A DNA stretch of 64,000 bases from Steroidobacteraceae bacterium (GTDB lineage Bacteria; Pseudomonadota; Gammaproteobacteria; Steroidobacterales; Steroidobacteraceae): positions 41,731 to 105,730 of the forward strand of contig JBQGDL010000006.1 in NCBI GenBank assembly GCA_052039045.1, in the 5' to 3' direction. The translations under genes and the position numbers were made by a program. This document shows, piece by piece, positions 10,949 through 21,060 of this stretch (its first letter is position 1; each line of letters starts with the position of its first letter). Under the pieces are notes generated by a model. That model made no database searches. It had not been told where the DNA came from and saw nothing but the letters and a program-made list of their open reading frames with translations.

Positions 10949-11795
10949 ACGGGACGGCGTACGGCAGGGGCAGCGGGATCACGGTATGACCGGTTGCGGT
11001 GCGCAGCGGCCGGTCGCGCGCCTCGAGCGCAACGACGGCAAGCAACTCACTGCCTGTACCGACGCGGGCGGTCTGCAGCACCTCGCCAACCCTGACGCCG
11101 TCGTTGTGCAGCGCGGTGAGCGGCGCCGGAGGCTCGACCGCGGCGATGGCGTAGCGCAGAGTGCGCCGCTTGATGCGGCCGAGGTTCTGCGTGCGCGCGA
11201 CGATTTCCTGACCGGTGTAGCAGCCCTTGGTGAAGCTGATCGCACCGAGCACATCGAGGTTCAGCATCTGCGGCACGAAATGCTCGGCGGTCGCGGCGAG
11301 GATCTGCGGGAGCCCCGCCGCGATGTCGGCGGCGTGCCAGTCGTTCTCGGCAGGCGGGTCTGCGACGGGGGATGGCCCGGGTCGCGCCACGACCAGCCGG
11401 CCGTCCGGATACTCGAAGGCAGACGACACCGGCTGCGCCTCCGGCCACGCGGCGGAGGTCGACGCGGGCGCACCGTCCGGGTTCAGCCAGGTGACCGACC
11501 AGCCTTCGAGCCGCTCGATGGCGACCCTGGCGCGCAGCACGAATTTTCGCAGCCGCGCGATCAACAGGGGAGCGAGTTCCGCGGGCAACAGCGCATCGAT
11601 GGCGTCGCCGTGACGCGCCAGGCGCAGGATCGCGATCACCCGGCCCTGTGGCGTCGTGCAGGCAGCGAGGCGCGTCATCCCGTCCGGGAGTTGTGCAACG
11701 TCGCAGGTCAGCTGACCCTGCAGAAACTCGGCCGCGTCGGGCCCGCGGCAGCGCACAACGGCCAGCGACTCAAGCGCACGCGGCTGCGTGCTCAT
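10947..11795 (-). CDS. ygfZ: Folate-binding tRNA-modifying / Fe-S cluster repair protein YgfZ (CAF17/IBA57 family)
   Basis: GPDAAEFLQGQLTCDV near the N-terminus and the hallmark ISFTKGCYTGQEIVAR motif. 282 aa. Confidence 0.85.
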   Translation of the reverse strand: MSTQPRALESLAVVRCRGPDAAEFLQGQLTCDVAQLPDGMTRLAACTTPQGRVIAILRLARHGDAIDALLPAELAPLLIARLRKFVLRARVAIERLEGWSVTWLNPDGAPASTSAAWPEAQPVSSAFEYPDGRLVVARPGPSPVADPPAENDWHAADIAAGLPQILAATAEHFVPQMLNLDVLGAISFTKGCYTGQEIVARTQNLGRIKRRTLRYAIAAVEPPAPLTALHNDGVRVGEVLQTARVGTGSELLAVVALEARDRPLRTATGHTVIPLPLPYAVP

Positions 11796-11863
11796 GCGAT
11801 TTTGCCTTGTGCATCAAAGTGGTGAAGCATCGTGCAATCTGGCAGACTTCACGGCCGAGCGCC

Positions 11864-12064
11864 ATGCAATCCACGCCTCCAGAAATCGCCGTGGGCCGGT
11901 GCGCCGAGGGTGGTCCGCCGGCCGCGGAATCCGCCTCCGCCGGCTCGGGCGAGGCACGACGCGACTGCAACGCAACGCCCACGCGTGAGATCGGCGGCCG
12001 GGCGGGGCCCGATCCGACGCGCTTCGGGGATTGGGAGAAGAACGGTCGCTGCATCGACTTTTAA
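11864..12064 (+). CDS. DUF1674 protein (SDHAF4-like succinate dehydrogenase assembly factor)
   Basis: Internal ATG at 11864. The C-terminus EIGGRAGPDPTRFGDWEKNGRCIDF closely matches the conserved SDHAF4/DUF1674 tail (..GGP.GPEPTRYGDWERKGRC.DF). Immediately upstream of sdhC. Confidence 0.7.
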   Translation: MQSTPPEIAVGRCAEGGPPAAESASAGSGEARRDCNATPTREIGGRAGPDPTRFGDWEKNGRCIDF

Positions 12065-12138
12065 TCGGCCGGCCGGCCGTGGGCGCCGGGGCGGCGCCGA
12101 TGCGCCGGTACGAGGCCACAGCATTGAGGTACGCACCG

Positions 12139-12534
12139 ATGGGCCGAGCTGACCGGCCGCTGTCGCCGTTCATGCAGCATCGATGGCTGTACTCGAACAC
12201 GCTGTCGATTGTGCACCGATTCACCGGGATCCTGCTCAGCGCGGGCTTCCTGATCCTCGTCTACTGGTTGGTCGCCGCGGCGAGCGGACCTGAGCGTTAT
12301 GCGCAGGCGCTGTCGCGCCTCGCTTCCCTGCCGATGCAGTTCGTCCTGGCGAGCGTGCTGTGGAGCTACTGCTACCACTTCCTCAACGGCATTCGTCACC
12401 TGTGCTGGGACATCGGGCTCGGATTCGAGCGGGGCACGGCCCGCGTCAGCGGCTGGGCGGTGGCGGTGGCCTCGGTTGTGGTGACCGGCATACTGTGGGT
12501 CGTGCTGCAGCGCAGCCTCGGCGGTGCGGCGTGA
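12139..12534 (+). CDS. sdhC: Succinate dehydrogenase cytochrome b556 subunit
   Basis: [13 protein letters not shown]...[12 protein letters not shown] with three TM helices and the heme-ligand His region ([12 protein letters not shown]). An alternative ATG exists at 12100. Confidence 0.85.
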   Translation: MGRADRPLSPFMQHRWLYSNTLSIVHRFTGILLSAGFLILVYWLVAAASGPERYAQALSRLASLPMQFVLASVLWSYCYHFLNGIRHLCWDIGLGFERGTARVSGWAVAVASVVVTGILWVVLQRSLGGAA

Positions 12535-12917
12535 GTCTGGTGAGTCCGCTCGGTCGGGTGCTCGGGCTCGGATCGGCCAGGGAAGGCTCGCACCACTGGT
12601 ACGCACAGCGGCTGAGCGCCGTGGCTCTGACGCTCCTCGGGGCATGGTTTCTCGCCTCGCTCGTGATGCTGGGCGGCGTCGATCTCGAGCGGCTTCGCGC
12701 CTGGATCGCCTCGCCGATAGTTGCTGCACTGCTGCTGCTGCACATTGCGGCGCTCGCCTGGCATGCGATCCTCGGGCTGCAGGTAGTGCTCGAGGACTAC
12801 GTCGGCGCCAAGGGCGTACGTGTAGCGGCGCTGATCGCGATCAAGTTCGCGTTGGTGCTGGCGGCGGCGGCGGCCGGCATCGCGGTGCTGCGGCTGGCGC
12901 TCGGGGGAGCGGCGTGA
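12531..12917 (+). CDS. sdhD: Succinate dehydrogenase hydrophobic membrane anchor subunit
   Basis: GTG start overlapping the sdhC stop (GTGA). [15 protein letters not shown]... with three TM helices and [16 protein letters not shown]. Position is between sdhC and sdhA. Confidence 0.8.
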   Translation: MSLVSPLGRVLGLGSAREGSHHWYAQRLSAVALTLLGAWFLASLVMLGGVDLERLRAWIASPIVAALLLLHIAALAWHAILGLQVVLEDYVGAKGVRVAALIAIKFALVLAAAAAGIAVLRLALGGAA

Positions 12918-14698
12918 GCGCCTATTCGTTCGTCGACCACACCTACGACGTGGTGGTGGTCGGTGCCGGTGGCGCGGGCTTGAGGGCCACGTTCGGCCTT
13001 GCGCACGCGGGACTCTCGACCGCCTGCATCACCAAGGTGTTCCCGACCCGCAGCCACACCGTGGCGGCGCAGGGCGGGATCAGCGCCGCGCTCGGCAACA
13101 TGGGTGAGGACGACTGGCGCTTCCACTTCTACGACACGATCAAGGGCTCTGACTGGCTGGGCGATCAGGACGCCATCGAGTTCATGTGCCGCGAAGGCCC
13201 TTCCGCGGTGATCGAGCTGGAGCACTACGGAGTGCCCTTTTCCCGCACCGAGGACGGGCGCATCTATCAGCGGCCGTTCGGCGGCATGACGACGCACTAC
13301 GGCAAGGGCATCGCGCAGCGGACCTGCGCGGCGGCGGACCGCACCGGGCACGCGATGCTGCATACGCTCTACCAGCAGGCGCTCAGGCACGAGGCGCGTT
13401 TCTTCGTCGAATACTTCGCGATCGATCTCATGATGCAGGACGGAGAGTGCCGCGGCGTCGTCGCGCTCGACATGGCCGACGGCTCGCTGCATCGCTTCCG
13501 GGCGCAGACGACGATCCTCGCGACCGGCGGCTACGGCCGTGCGTATTTCACCTGCACGTCGGCGCACACCTGCACCGGGGACGGCGGCGGGATGCTGCTG
13601 CGCGCAGGGCTGCCACTGCAGGACATGGAGTTCGTGCAGTTTCACCCGACGGGCATCTATGGCGCGGGGTGCCTGATCACCGAGGGCGTGCGCGGCGAGG
13701 GCGGCTATCTCACCAACTCCTCCGGCGAGCGCTTCATGGAGCGCTACGCGCCGAACGCCAAGGACCTTGCTTCGCGCGACGTCGTCTCGCGCGCGATGAC
13801 CATCGAGATCAACGAGGGACGCGGCGTGGGCGCACAGCGCGACCATATCCACCTGCACCTCGAGCATCTGGGCGCCGACGTGATCCACGAGCGGCTACCG
13901 GGCATCGCGGAGACCTCGCGGATCTTTGCGGGCGTCGACGTGACGCGCGAGCCGATCCCGGTGCTGCCGACAGTGCACTACAACATGGGCGGGATTCCGT
14001 GCAACGTCCATGGCGAAGTCGTGACACTCGCCAATGGCGATCCCGACAGCGTGGTCCCGGGGCTGATGGCGGTCGGCGAGGCGGCCTGCGTATCGGTACA
14101 CGGCGCCAACCGCCTCGGGTCGAATTCGCTGCTCGATCTGGTGGTCTTCGGGCGCGAGGCGGCGCGGCGCTGCGCGAGCGTGCTCACCCCCGGGGCGTCC
14201 CAGCCGCCGCTGCCGGCGGACGCGGGCGTGCTCGCCGTCGAGCGACTCGACCGGTGCCGGAATGCCCGCGGCTCGCGACGCACGGCAGATGTACGTCTCG
14301 ACATGCAGCGGGTCATGCAGGCGCACGCGGCGGTGTTCCGCACCGGCGAGTCGCTCGCCGAGGGCGTGCGCAAGCTCGGTGAGGTGCGGGCCTCGTTCGC
14401 CGACGTGCAGGTTTCGGACCGCGGTCTGATCTGGAACACCGATCTGATCGAGACGTTCGAACTCGAGAACCTGCTGGGACAGGCGATCGCGACCATGCAT
14501 TCGGCGGCGAATCGCCGTGAGAGCCGCGGCGCGCACGCGCGCGATGACTACCCGGAGCGCGATGACGGCCAATGGCTCAAGCACACACTCGCCTGGGTGA
14601 GCGCCGGTGGCGAGGTGCGGCTCGACTATCGTCCGGTGCATCTGAACACGCTCACGGCGGATGTCGACCCGATACCGCCGGAAGCCCGGACCTACTGA
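12914..14698 (+). CDS. sdhA: Succinate dehydrogenase flavoprotein subunit
   Basis: GTG start overlapping the sdhD stop. [13 protein letters not shown] dinucleotide fold and the FAD-attachment site [11 protein letters not shown]. Overall SdhA similarity along the full length. Confidence 0.97.
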   Translation: MSAYSFVDHTYDVVVVGAGGAGLRATFGLAHAGLSTACITKVFPTRSHTVAAQGGISAALGNMGEDDWRFHFYDTIKGSDWLGDQDAIEFMCREGPSAVIELEHYGVPFSRTEDGRIYQRPFGGMTTHYGKGIAQRTCAAADRTGHAMLHTLYQQALRHEARFFVEYFAIDLMMQDGECRGVVALDMADGSLHRFRAQTTILATGGYGRAYFTCTSAHTCTGDGGGMLLRAGLPLQDMEFVQFHPTGIYGAGCLITEGVRGEGGYLTNSSGERFMERYAPNAKDLASRDVVSRAMTIEINEGRGVGAQRDHIHLHLEHLGADVIHERLPGIAETSRIFAGVDVTREPIPVLPTVHYNMGGIPCNVHGEVVTLANGDPDSVVPGLMAVGEAACVSVHGANRLGSNSLLDLVVFGREAARRCASVLTPGASQPPLPADAGVLAVERLDRCRNARGSRRTADVRLDMQRVMQAHAAVFRTGESLAEGVRKLGEVRASFADVQVSDRGLIWNTDLIETFELENLLGQAIATMHSAANRRESRGAHARDDYPERDDGQWLKHTLAWVSAGGEVRLDYRPVHLNTLTADVDPIPPEARTY

Positions 14699-14725
14699 TC
14701 GAGACCGAGCGGGGGCTCACCGGCG

Positions 14726-15508
14726 ATGCCACAGTTCCGACTTCCCAAGAACTCGCGGGTCCGGCCCGGACGTTCCCACCCCGCGCCTTCCGGCGCCACC
14801 CGGGTGCGCGTCTTCCGCATCTATCGCTTCGATCCGGAGAGCAGCGGCAACCCGCGCATCGACAGCTTCGCACTGGACCTCGACCGCTGCGGCCCCATGG
14901 TTCTGGACGCCCTCATCAAGATTAAGAACGAGGTCGACCCGACTCTGACTTTCCGCCGTTCCTGTCGCGAGGGCATCTGCGGCTCCTGCGCGATGAACAT
15001 CGACGGCGTCAATGACCTGGCGTGCACCAAGGCCATCGCCGCTGTGCGCGGCGACGTGCGCGTGTACCCGCTGCCGCATCTGCCGGTCGTCAAGGACCTG
15101 GTGCCGGACCTGAGCGATTTCTACGCGCAGTACGCCTCGGTGAAGCCCTGGCTGCAGACCCGCACTCCGGCGCCGCCCGACCGCGAGCGGCTGCAGTCGA
15201 AGCATGACCAGGAGAAGATCGACCGGCCCTCGGCGTGCATCCTTTGCGCCTGCTGTTCGGCGTCCTGTCCGTCGTACTGGTGGAACAGCGACCGCTACCT
15301 GGGGCCGGCCGCGCTGCTCGCGGCCTACCGCTGGATCATCGACACGCGGGACGAGGCGACCGGCGAGCGCCTGGACGAGCTCGAGGATCCGTTCCGTCTG
15401 TATCGCTGCCACACGATCATGAACTGCGCCGAGGCCTGTCCCAAGGATCTCAACCCGGCGCGGGCGATCGCCGAGATCAAGAGGATGATCGTCGCGAGGC
15501 AGCACTAG
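14726..15508 (+). CDS. sdhB: Succinate dehydrogenase iron-sulfur subunit
   Basis: [15 protein letters not shown] (2Fe-2S), [12 protein letters not shown] and [13 protein letters not shown] cluster motifs. Confidence 0.97.
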   Translation: MPQFRLPKNSRVRPGRSHPAPSGATRVRVFRIYRFDPESSGNPRIDSFALDLDRCGPMVLDALIKIKNEVDPTLTFRRSCREGICGSCAMNIDGVNDLACTKAIAAVRGDVRVYPLPHLPVVKDLVPDLSDFYAQYASVKPWLQTRTPAPPDRERLQSKHDQEKIDRPSACILCACCSASCPSYWWNSDRYLGPAALLAAYRWIIDTRDEATGERLDELEDPFRLYRCHTIMNCAEACPKDLNPARAIAEIKRMIVARQH

Positions 15509-15510
15509 CC

Positions 15511-15768
15511 GTGACCGCCGGCCGCGAGCTGTCACGCCTGCGCTGGCGATGTCGCCGCGGCATGCGCGAGCTCGACGAGCTGCTGGCGAGGTACGTGGAG
15601 CGCAGGCTGCCGCAGGCCACCCCCCGCGAACGCGACGCATTCGCGTCGTTACTCGAGCTGTCGGATCCCGAGCTGTTCGGCTATCTTGCCGCGCGTCCGC
15701 CATCGCCGCCGCCGGCCGATCCCGACCTGGTCGATGTCATCGCGCGCATCCGAGCCAATGAGTCTTGA
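15511..15768 (+). CDS. sdhE: FAD assembly factor SdhE (SDHAF2/YgfY family)
   Basis: GTG start 3 nt after the sdhB stop. LRWRCRRGMRELDELL...FLELSDPELF matches the SdhE RGxxE signature. Confidence 0.85.
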   Translation: MTAGRELSRLRWRCRRGMRELDELLARYVERRLPQATPRERDAFASLLELSDPELFGYLAARPPSPPPADPDLVDVIARIRANES

Positions 15769-16180
15769 GCTGCCCCGAGTCACGGTGGCCGAGGCGGCGG
15801 CGGGCGCGCTGTGCGTACTCTGTGCGGTCGTGACCGAGCTGACGCTCACCCGCTACATCGGTGCGCCGCCGGGGCCGGGACTGCTGGCAGGCGCCGCGCT
15901 GGCGGTCTGGCTGGGTGCGGCTGTCATGCGGCCCGCGCGTGCATTACGTAAGGTCGTCTGGCACCCCGACGGTGGCTGGCAGCTCGAATTCCGCAACGGC
16001 GTGACTGCGACGGCGCACCTCGGGCCGGGCGCGCGTATGCTCGGGCCGACGCTGGCGTTGCAGTGGCGCACACACGATCGGACGGTCGTGCGCTGGCTCA
16101 CGCCGTGGGACGTCGATGACGCCAAACTCAGGGCCCTGGCGGTGCGCCTCGCGTGCGCGGCACACCTTCGGGCATCCTGA
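15758..16180 (+). CDS. YgfX/CptA-like inner-membrane protein (DUF1434)
   Basis: ATG at 15758 overlaps the sdhE 3-prime end by 11 nt. Two N-terminal TM helices are followed by a soluble tail (VVWHPDGGWQLEF...LALQWR...WLTPWDVDDAKLRALAVRL). The layout resembles E. coli YgfX, which follows sdhE. Confidence 0.6.
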   Translation: MSLELPRVTVAEAAAGALCVLCAVVTELTLTRYIGAPPGPGLLAGAALAVWLGAAVMRPARALRKVVWHPDGGWQLEFRNGVTATAHLGPGARMLGPTLALQWRTHDRTVVRWLTPWDVDDAKLRALAVRLACAAHLRAS

Positions 16181-16236
16181 GGCCGGGTTCACGGTCCATG
16201 GTTCCGATGCCGAACTTTCCCCCCTCCGACGGGTCT

Positions 16237-16854
16237 ATGGAGTCGCACGAGCCGCAGGACGCGATCGAGAGGCCGGGCTCCGGCGTTGAGCAGAGCGATC
16301 TGGAGCTCGTGCGGCGGGCGCAGCGGGGCGAGCGGGGCGCGTTCGACCTGCTGGTTCTCAGGTATCAGCACAAGGTCGTCAAGCTCGTGGCACGACTGCT
16401 GCGCGATCCAACCGAAGCCGAGGACGTGGCCCAGGAATCCTTCGTCAAGGCGTACCGGGCGCTGGCGTCCTTCCGCGGCGACAGCGCCTTCTACACGTGG
16501 ATGTATCGCATCGCCGTCAACACGGCCCGCAACGCGATGGCCTCGCGCCAGCGCCGGCCGATCGAGTACGAAGGAGGCTTGAGCGACGGCGAGCAGTCGG
16601 TGATGGAGTCGCGTTTGCGGCACACCGACACGCCGGAGGCTTCCGCGTTGTCGGAAGAGATACGCGCGACGGTCAATCGGGCCGTCGAGCAGCTTCCGGA
16701 GGATCTGCGTACCGCGATCATCCTCCGGGAGGTGGAAGGGTTGAGCTACGAGGAGATCGCTGAAGCCATGGAGTGCCCGGTCGGCACCGTTCGGTCGAGG
16801 ATCTTCCGCGCCCGCGAGGCGATCGATCGAAGCCTGAAGCCACTTCTGGACTGA
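16237..16854 (+). CDS. rpoE: ECF RNA polymerase sigma factor RpoE/AlgU
   Basis: LVRRAQRGERGAFDLLVLRYQHKVVKLVARLL, FYTWMYRIAVN and the region 4 block EGLSYEEIAEAMECPVGTVRSRIFRAREA. The start is uncertain (ATG at 16198, 16207 or 16237). Confidence 0.9.
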   Translation: MESHEPQDAIERPGSGVEQSDLELVRRAQRGERGAFDLLVLRYQHKVVKLVARLLRDPTEAEDVAQESFVKAYRALASFRGDSAFYTWMYRIAVNTARNAMASRQRRPIEYEGGLSDGEQSVMESRLRHTDTPEASALSEEIRATVNRAVEQLPEDLRTAIILREVEGLSYEEIAEAMECPVGTVRSRIFRAREAIDRSLKPLLD

Positions 16855-16865
16855 GTACAACGCGA

Positions 16866-17456
16866 ATGACCGACCAGATCCGCGAACAGATGTCAGCGCT
16901 GCTGGACGGCGAGCTGCCGCAGGACCAGATCGGTCTGCTGGTGCGTCGCATGGAGCGGGACCCCGAGCTCAAGCGCGCGTTCGGCAGCTTCGTGCTGATC
17001 GGCGAAAGCCTGCGCGCGCCGGGTGGCCGCACGGCGAGCCCCGGATTCGCCGCGCGCGTGCAGACCGAGCTCGACGCCGGCGCGGCCGTGGCGGCAGCGA
17101 CACACGGACAGCTCGTCGTGCCTCGCCTGCGTCGGGCCCGGCACGCCGCCGCCGTTGCCGTCGCAGCGGGCGCCGCGTTTGCGGCCATGCTGCTACTCGT
17201 GCCCGGTGATCCGCCCGCCAATGATGGCGGCGCGCCTGCTCTGGCCGACCTCGACGTCGGCGCGGGCGCGGTCGCGGAGCTGGCGGATGCCGACAGCGCG
17301 AGCCCGACGCCGGCGCAGAGTCAGCGGCTCGCCGGCTATCTGGTCGCCCACAGCCAGTTCGCCACGGCGATCGGCCGGCGCAGCCTGTGGAGCAGCGTGC
17401 TTGCCGAGGATCCCGGCATAGCTCGCGTGGCGTACGAAACGTACGAGGAGCCCTGA
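16866..17456 (+). CDS. rseA: Anti-sigma-E factor RseA/MucA
   Basis: The N-terminus MTDQIREQMSALLDGEL...DPELKRAFGSFVLIGESLR is the RseA_N signature. A central TM segment is present. Sits directly after rpoE. Confidence 0.78.
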   Translation: MTDQIREQMSALLDGELPQDQIGLLVRRMERDPELKRAFGSFVLIGESLRAPGGRTASPGFAARVQTELDAGAAVAAATHGQLVVPRLRRARHAAAVAVAAGAAFAAMLLLVPGDPPANDGGAPALADLDVGAGAVAELADADSASPTPAQSQRLAGYLVAHSQFATAIGRRSLWSSVLAEDPGIARVAYETYEEP

Positions 17457-18454
17457 TGGGCCTTGCGCGCCCGGTTCTTGCCGCGTCGCTTCTCGGCGCG
17501 GTCTGCTGCACGGCACACGCGACGCCCGATGAGGCGCGCGCCTGGCTCGCGAAGATGAGCGAGGCGCTCGCCACCCGCGAATACGACGGGCTCTTCACGC
17601 ACTCCAACCGGCGCCAGAGCGAGTCGATGCGCATCGTCCACCGCATGGAGGGCGAGCGCAGCGTCGAGCGGCTGGTGTCGCTCGACGGCAGCGGCCGGGA
17701 GATCGTGCGCACGCCGCGCGAAGTCCACGCCTATCTGCCCGACCGCCGGGTGGTGCTGGTCGAACCGCGCACCGACGACGGGTCGCTCCTCAAGGCGCTG
17801 CCGACGCCCGGCGCGCAGCTCGATGCCCAGTACCTGCTCGAGGTGCGCGGCGGCTACCGGCTGCTGGGCCGTGACGTTCGCATCGTCGAGATCCGGTCGC
17901 GCGACGCCTATCGCTACGGTTATCGCTTGTGGCTCGACGAGAAGACCGCAATGCCGCTGCGGTCGGAGGTTTGCGATCAGGCGGGCCGACCGGTCGAACG
18001 GATCCAGTTCACCAAACTCGACATGCACAGGAACATGCCGGCCAGCGAGACCGAGCCGTCGGTCGACGCCACGGGGTTCCGATGGGTGCGCTCGACCAGA
18101 CCGGTTCCCGAACGGCGCGTGGCCGGGCCGGGATGGCGACCGCTGAAGGTCCCTCCGGGGTTTCGCCTGGTCGGCACGCGCGTGCAGTCGCTGCCCGGGC
18201 ACCCAATGCCGGTTCAGCACCTGGTCTTTTCCGATGGTTTCGCATCGGTGTCCGTGTTCATCGAGCCAGGCTCGCGCAACGCGCCGGCCCCTCCCGAGGC
18301 TTCGCGCATGGGTGCCGCGAGCACGTTCACGACGACGGTGCGGGGTTACGTGATCACCGCGGTGGGTGAGGTTCCGCTCACCACGGTGCGCGACATCGCC
18401 ACGTCGCTCGCGCCTGCTGCGGAGGGTGGCGCGAGCGCGACGGCGCCGCAGTAG
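17456..18454 (+). CDS. rseB: Sigma-E regulatory protein RseB/MucB
   Basis: ATG overlaps the rseA stop (TGATG). Signal peptide, then EARAWLAKMSEALATREYDG.F and YRLWLDEKTAMPLR, which match MucB/RseB. Confidence 0.85.
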   Translation: MGLARPVLAASLLGAVCCTAHATPDEARAWLAKMSEALATREYDGLFTHSNRRQSESMRIVHRMEGERSVERLVSLDGSGREIVRTPREVHAYLPDRRVVLVEPRTDDGSLLKALPTPGAQLDAQYLLEVRGGYRLLGRDVRIVEIRSRDAYRYGYRLWLDEKTAMPLRSEVCDQAGRPVERIQFTKLDMHRNMPASETEPSVDATGFRWVRSTRPVPERRVAGPGWRPLKVPPGFRLVGTRVQSLPGHPMPVQHLVFSDGFASVSVFIEPGSRNAPAPPEASRMGAASTFTTTVRGYVITAVGEVPLTTVRDIATSLAPAAEGGASATAPQ

Positions 18455-18458
18455 CGGC

Positions 18459-18887
18459 ATGGAAGTCCGGACGCGAGTCCGAGAGCTGCGCGGCGATCAC
18501 GCCTGGCTCGCGAGCGAGGAGTCCGGCCGTTGCGGCCTGTGCGGCGGTGGTCGGGGCTGCGGTCTGTGGAGGTTCGCCGCCACGCGCCGCGGGGGCCTCG
18601 AGGTGCCACGTCGCGCTGGCTGTGCATCCCTGGCGCCCGGACAGCTCGTGCTGGTGTCGGTGGCGGAGGGGGCGATCATACGAGCCGCCGCTGCGACCTT
18701 GCTGCTGCCTCTCGCCGGATTGCTCGGGGCCGCTGCTCTCGCCCGGTGGATGGGGGCGGGCGAGGCGCTGGGCTTCGTTGCCGCGGTCGGTGGCGCGCTC
18801 GGCGCCGTCTGGTACGGCCGACGCACGCACGCCGGCCGGCTGCGCGCCGTCGCGGCGGTGCAGCGGGTCGGGCCATCGGATGGCTGA
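18459..18887 (+). CDS. rseC: RseC/MucC family (SoxR-reducing system) protein
   Basis: The N-terminal Cys cluster CGLCGGGRGCG followed by two TM helices is typical of RseC. Fourth gene of the rpoE operon. Confidence 0.72.
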   Translation: MEVRTRVRELRGDHAWLASEESGRCGLCGGGRGCGLWRFAATRRGGLEVPRRAGCASLAPGQLVLVSVAEGAIIRAAAATLLLPLAGLLGAAALARWMGAGEALGFVAAVGGALGAVWYGRRTHAGRLRAVAAVQRVGPSDG

Positions 18888-19131
18888 GCCCGTCCCAGCT
18901 CTCACGCTCTACGTCCGCGAAGGCTGCCACCTCTGCGAGCAGTTCCTGATGGAACTGTCGCTCGAGATCGGCCCCGCCGCACTCGAGCAGCTGGCGATCA
19001 TCGACGTGGATTCGGACCCGGAGCTCGCGTGCCAGTACGGGTTGCGGGTTCCGGTGCTGGCGTCCGGCCCCGGCGTGCTGTGCGAGGGTGTGCTCGATAC
19101 CGCCCGGCTGCGCGAGGCGATGCGGCTATAA
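18880..19131 (+). CDS. Glutaredoxin-like protein (DUF836 family)
   Basis: [15 protein letters not shown]...[20 protein letters not shown] is a thioredoxin-fold CxxC motif plus the DUF836 pattern. ATG overlaps the rseC end by 8 nt. Confidence 0.7.
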   Translation: MAEPVPALTLYVREGCHLCEQFLMELSLEIGPAALEQLAIIDVDSDPELACQYGLRVPVLASGPGVLCEGVLDTARLREAMRL

Positions 19132-19174
19132 TCGCGCGCTTTCGCCCGCGCCGGGCTGCGCCCCCAGCCCCGAC

Positions 19175-20971
19175 ATGAACCTGATCCGCAATTTCTCCAT
19201 CATCGCGCACGTCGACCACGGCAAGTCCACGCTCGCCGATCGTTTCATCCAGCTCTGCGGGGGGCTCGAGGCGCGCGAGATGCAGGCGCAGGTTCTCGAC
19301 ACGATGGCTCTCGAACGCGAGCGCGGCATCACCATCAAGGCACAGAGCGTGTCACTCAACTACAGCGCACGCGACGGTCGGACCTATCAGCTGAACCTGA
19401 TCGACACACCGGGCCACGTCGATTTCTCCTACGAAGTTTCGCGCTCGCTCGCCGCCTGCGAGGGCGCGCTGCTGGTCGTCGATGCGGCTCAGGGCGTGGA
19501 GGCACAGAGCGTCGCCAACTGCTACACGGCGCTCGAGCAGGGGCTCGAGGTCGTACCCGTGCTGAACAAGATCGACCTGCCGTCGGCGGACCCCGACAAG
19601 GTGATCCGCGAGATCGAGGAGATCATCGGCATCGAGGCACGTGATGCGGTGCGGGTCAGCGCCAAGACCGGCGAGAACGTCGAGGAGCTCCTCGAGACAC
19701 TCGTAGCGCGTGTCCCGGCACCGGGCGGAAGCCCGGATGCACCGCTCCAGGCACTCATCATCGACTCGTGGTTCGACAATTACGTCGGTGTGGTCTCGCT
19801 GGTGCGCGTCAAGAACGGAGCGCTGAGGACCGGCCAGAAGGTCCGCATCTGGTCGACCGGTCGAACGTATCAGGTCGACCGCCTCGGCCGCTTCACGCCG
19901 AAATCGGTTACGACCGAGACGCTTGCCACCGGTGACGTGGGTTTTGTGATTGCGGGCGTCAAGGAGATCGACGGCGCCCCGGTCGGAGACACGATCACCG
20001 ATGAACGCCGCCCGGCGGATGCGCCGCTGCCTGGCTTCAAGCAGATCAAGCCCCGCGTGTTCGCTGGACTCTTCCCGGTGCGCTCCGAGGATTACGAGTC
20101 GTTCCGCGACGCACTCGCCAAGCTCAAGCTGAACGACTCGGCGCTGCACTACGAACCCGAAGTCTCGACGGCGCTCGGCTTCGGCTTTCGCTGCGGCTTT
20201 CTCGGTCTGCTGCACATGGACATCGTGCAGGAGCGGCTCGAGCGCGAGTACCAGCTCGAGCTCGTCACCAGCGCCCCTACTGTCGTGTACGAGGTCGCGA
20301 CCATCGACGGCGAGACGCTCCACGTCGACAACCCGGCGAAGCTGCCGGCGCCCGACCGGATTGCCGAGATCCGCGAGCCGATCATCGTTGCCAGCCTGCT
20401 CCTGCCGCCGGATTACGTCGGTCCGGTGATGAAGCTCTGCCTGGAGAAGCGCGGGGTGCAGAAGAAGCTCCAGTATCTGGGCAGCCAGGTGTCGATGCAG
20501 TACGAGCTGCCGCTCGCGGAGGTGGTGCTCGACTTCTTCGACCGGCTGAAATCGGTGAGCCGCGGCTACGCTTCGTTCGACTACGAGTTCGACCGTTTCC
20601 AGGCCGCCCCGCTCGCCCGGCTCGACATCCTGATCAACGGCGACCGGGTCGATGCGCTATCGATCATCAGCCATCGCGACAGCGCCTATCAGCGCGGGCG
20701 GGAGCTGGTCGACAAGATGCAGGAGCTGATTCCGCGGCAGATGTTCGAGGTCGCCATCCAGGCCGCGATTGGCTCGCACGTCATTGCACGCTCCACGGTG
20801 AAGGCCCTGCGCAAGAACGTCACCGCCAAGTGCTACGGCGGTGACGTGACCCGCAAGCGCAAGCTGCTGGAGAAGCAGAAAGAAGGCAAGAAGCGCATGA
20901 AGCAGCTGGGGCAGGTCGAAATCCCCCAGGAGGCATTCCTCGCGGTCCTGCAGGTCGGCCGCAAGGACTGA
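19175..20971 (+). CDS. lepA: Elongation factor 4 (LepA)
   Basis: [35 protein letters not shown] and the LepA C-terminal domain ([23 protein letters not shown]). Confidence 0.97.
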   Translation: MNLIRNFSIIAHVDHGKSTLADRFIQLCGGLEAREMQAQVLDTMALERERGITIKAQSVSLNYSARDGRTYQLNLIDTPGHVDFSYEVSRSLAACEGALLVVDAAQGVEAQSVANCYTALEQGLEVVPVLNKIDLPSADPDKVIREIEEIIGIEARDAVRVSAKTGENVEELLETLVARVPAPGGSPDAPLQALIIDSWFDNYVGVVSLVRVKNGALRTGQKVRIWSTGRTYQVDRLGRFTPKSVTTETLATGDVGFVIAGVKEIDGAPVGDTITDERRPADAPLPGFKQIKPRVFAGLFPVRSEDYESFRDALAKLKLNDSALHYEPEVSTALGFGFRCGFLGLLHMDIVQERLEREYQLELVTSAPTVVYEVATIDGETLHVDNPAKLPAPDRIAEIREPIIVASLLLPPDYVGPVMKLCLEKRGVQKKLQYLGSQVSMQYELPLAEVVLDFFDRLKSVSRGYASFDYEFDRFQAAPLARLDILINGDRVDALSIISHRDSAYQRGRELVDKMQELIPRQMFEVAIQAAIGSHVIARSTVKALRKNVTAKCYGGDVTRKRKLLEKQKEGKKRMKQLGQVEIPQEAFLAVLQVGRKD

Positions 20972-21060
20972 CGCTTACGGACCGGTTCAAGCCGTATGAC
21001 GCAAGGCATTGATGGAGCGCGAGAAATGAACAATACTCGCGCCCGATCGCGAGGTGATGC

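Noticed and set aside
16212-16239. Sigma-E/AlgU-type promoter-like motif GAACTT-N16-TCTA in front of rpoE
   Set aside because: The spacing and the -35 box match the autoregulated rpoE promoter consensus. However, the -10 element overlaps the ATG at 16237, and no suitable in-frame start with an RBS lies downstream. It therefore cannot drive this ORF as annotated. I treat it as a chance match unless TSS mapping shows otherwise.
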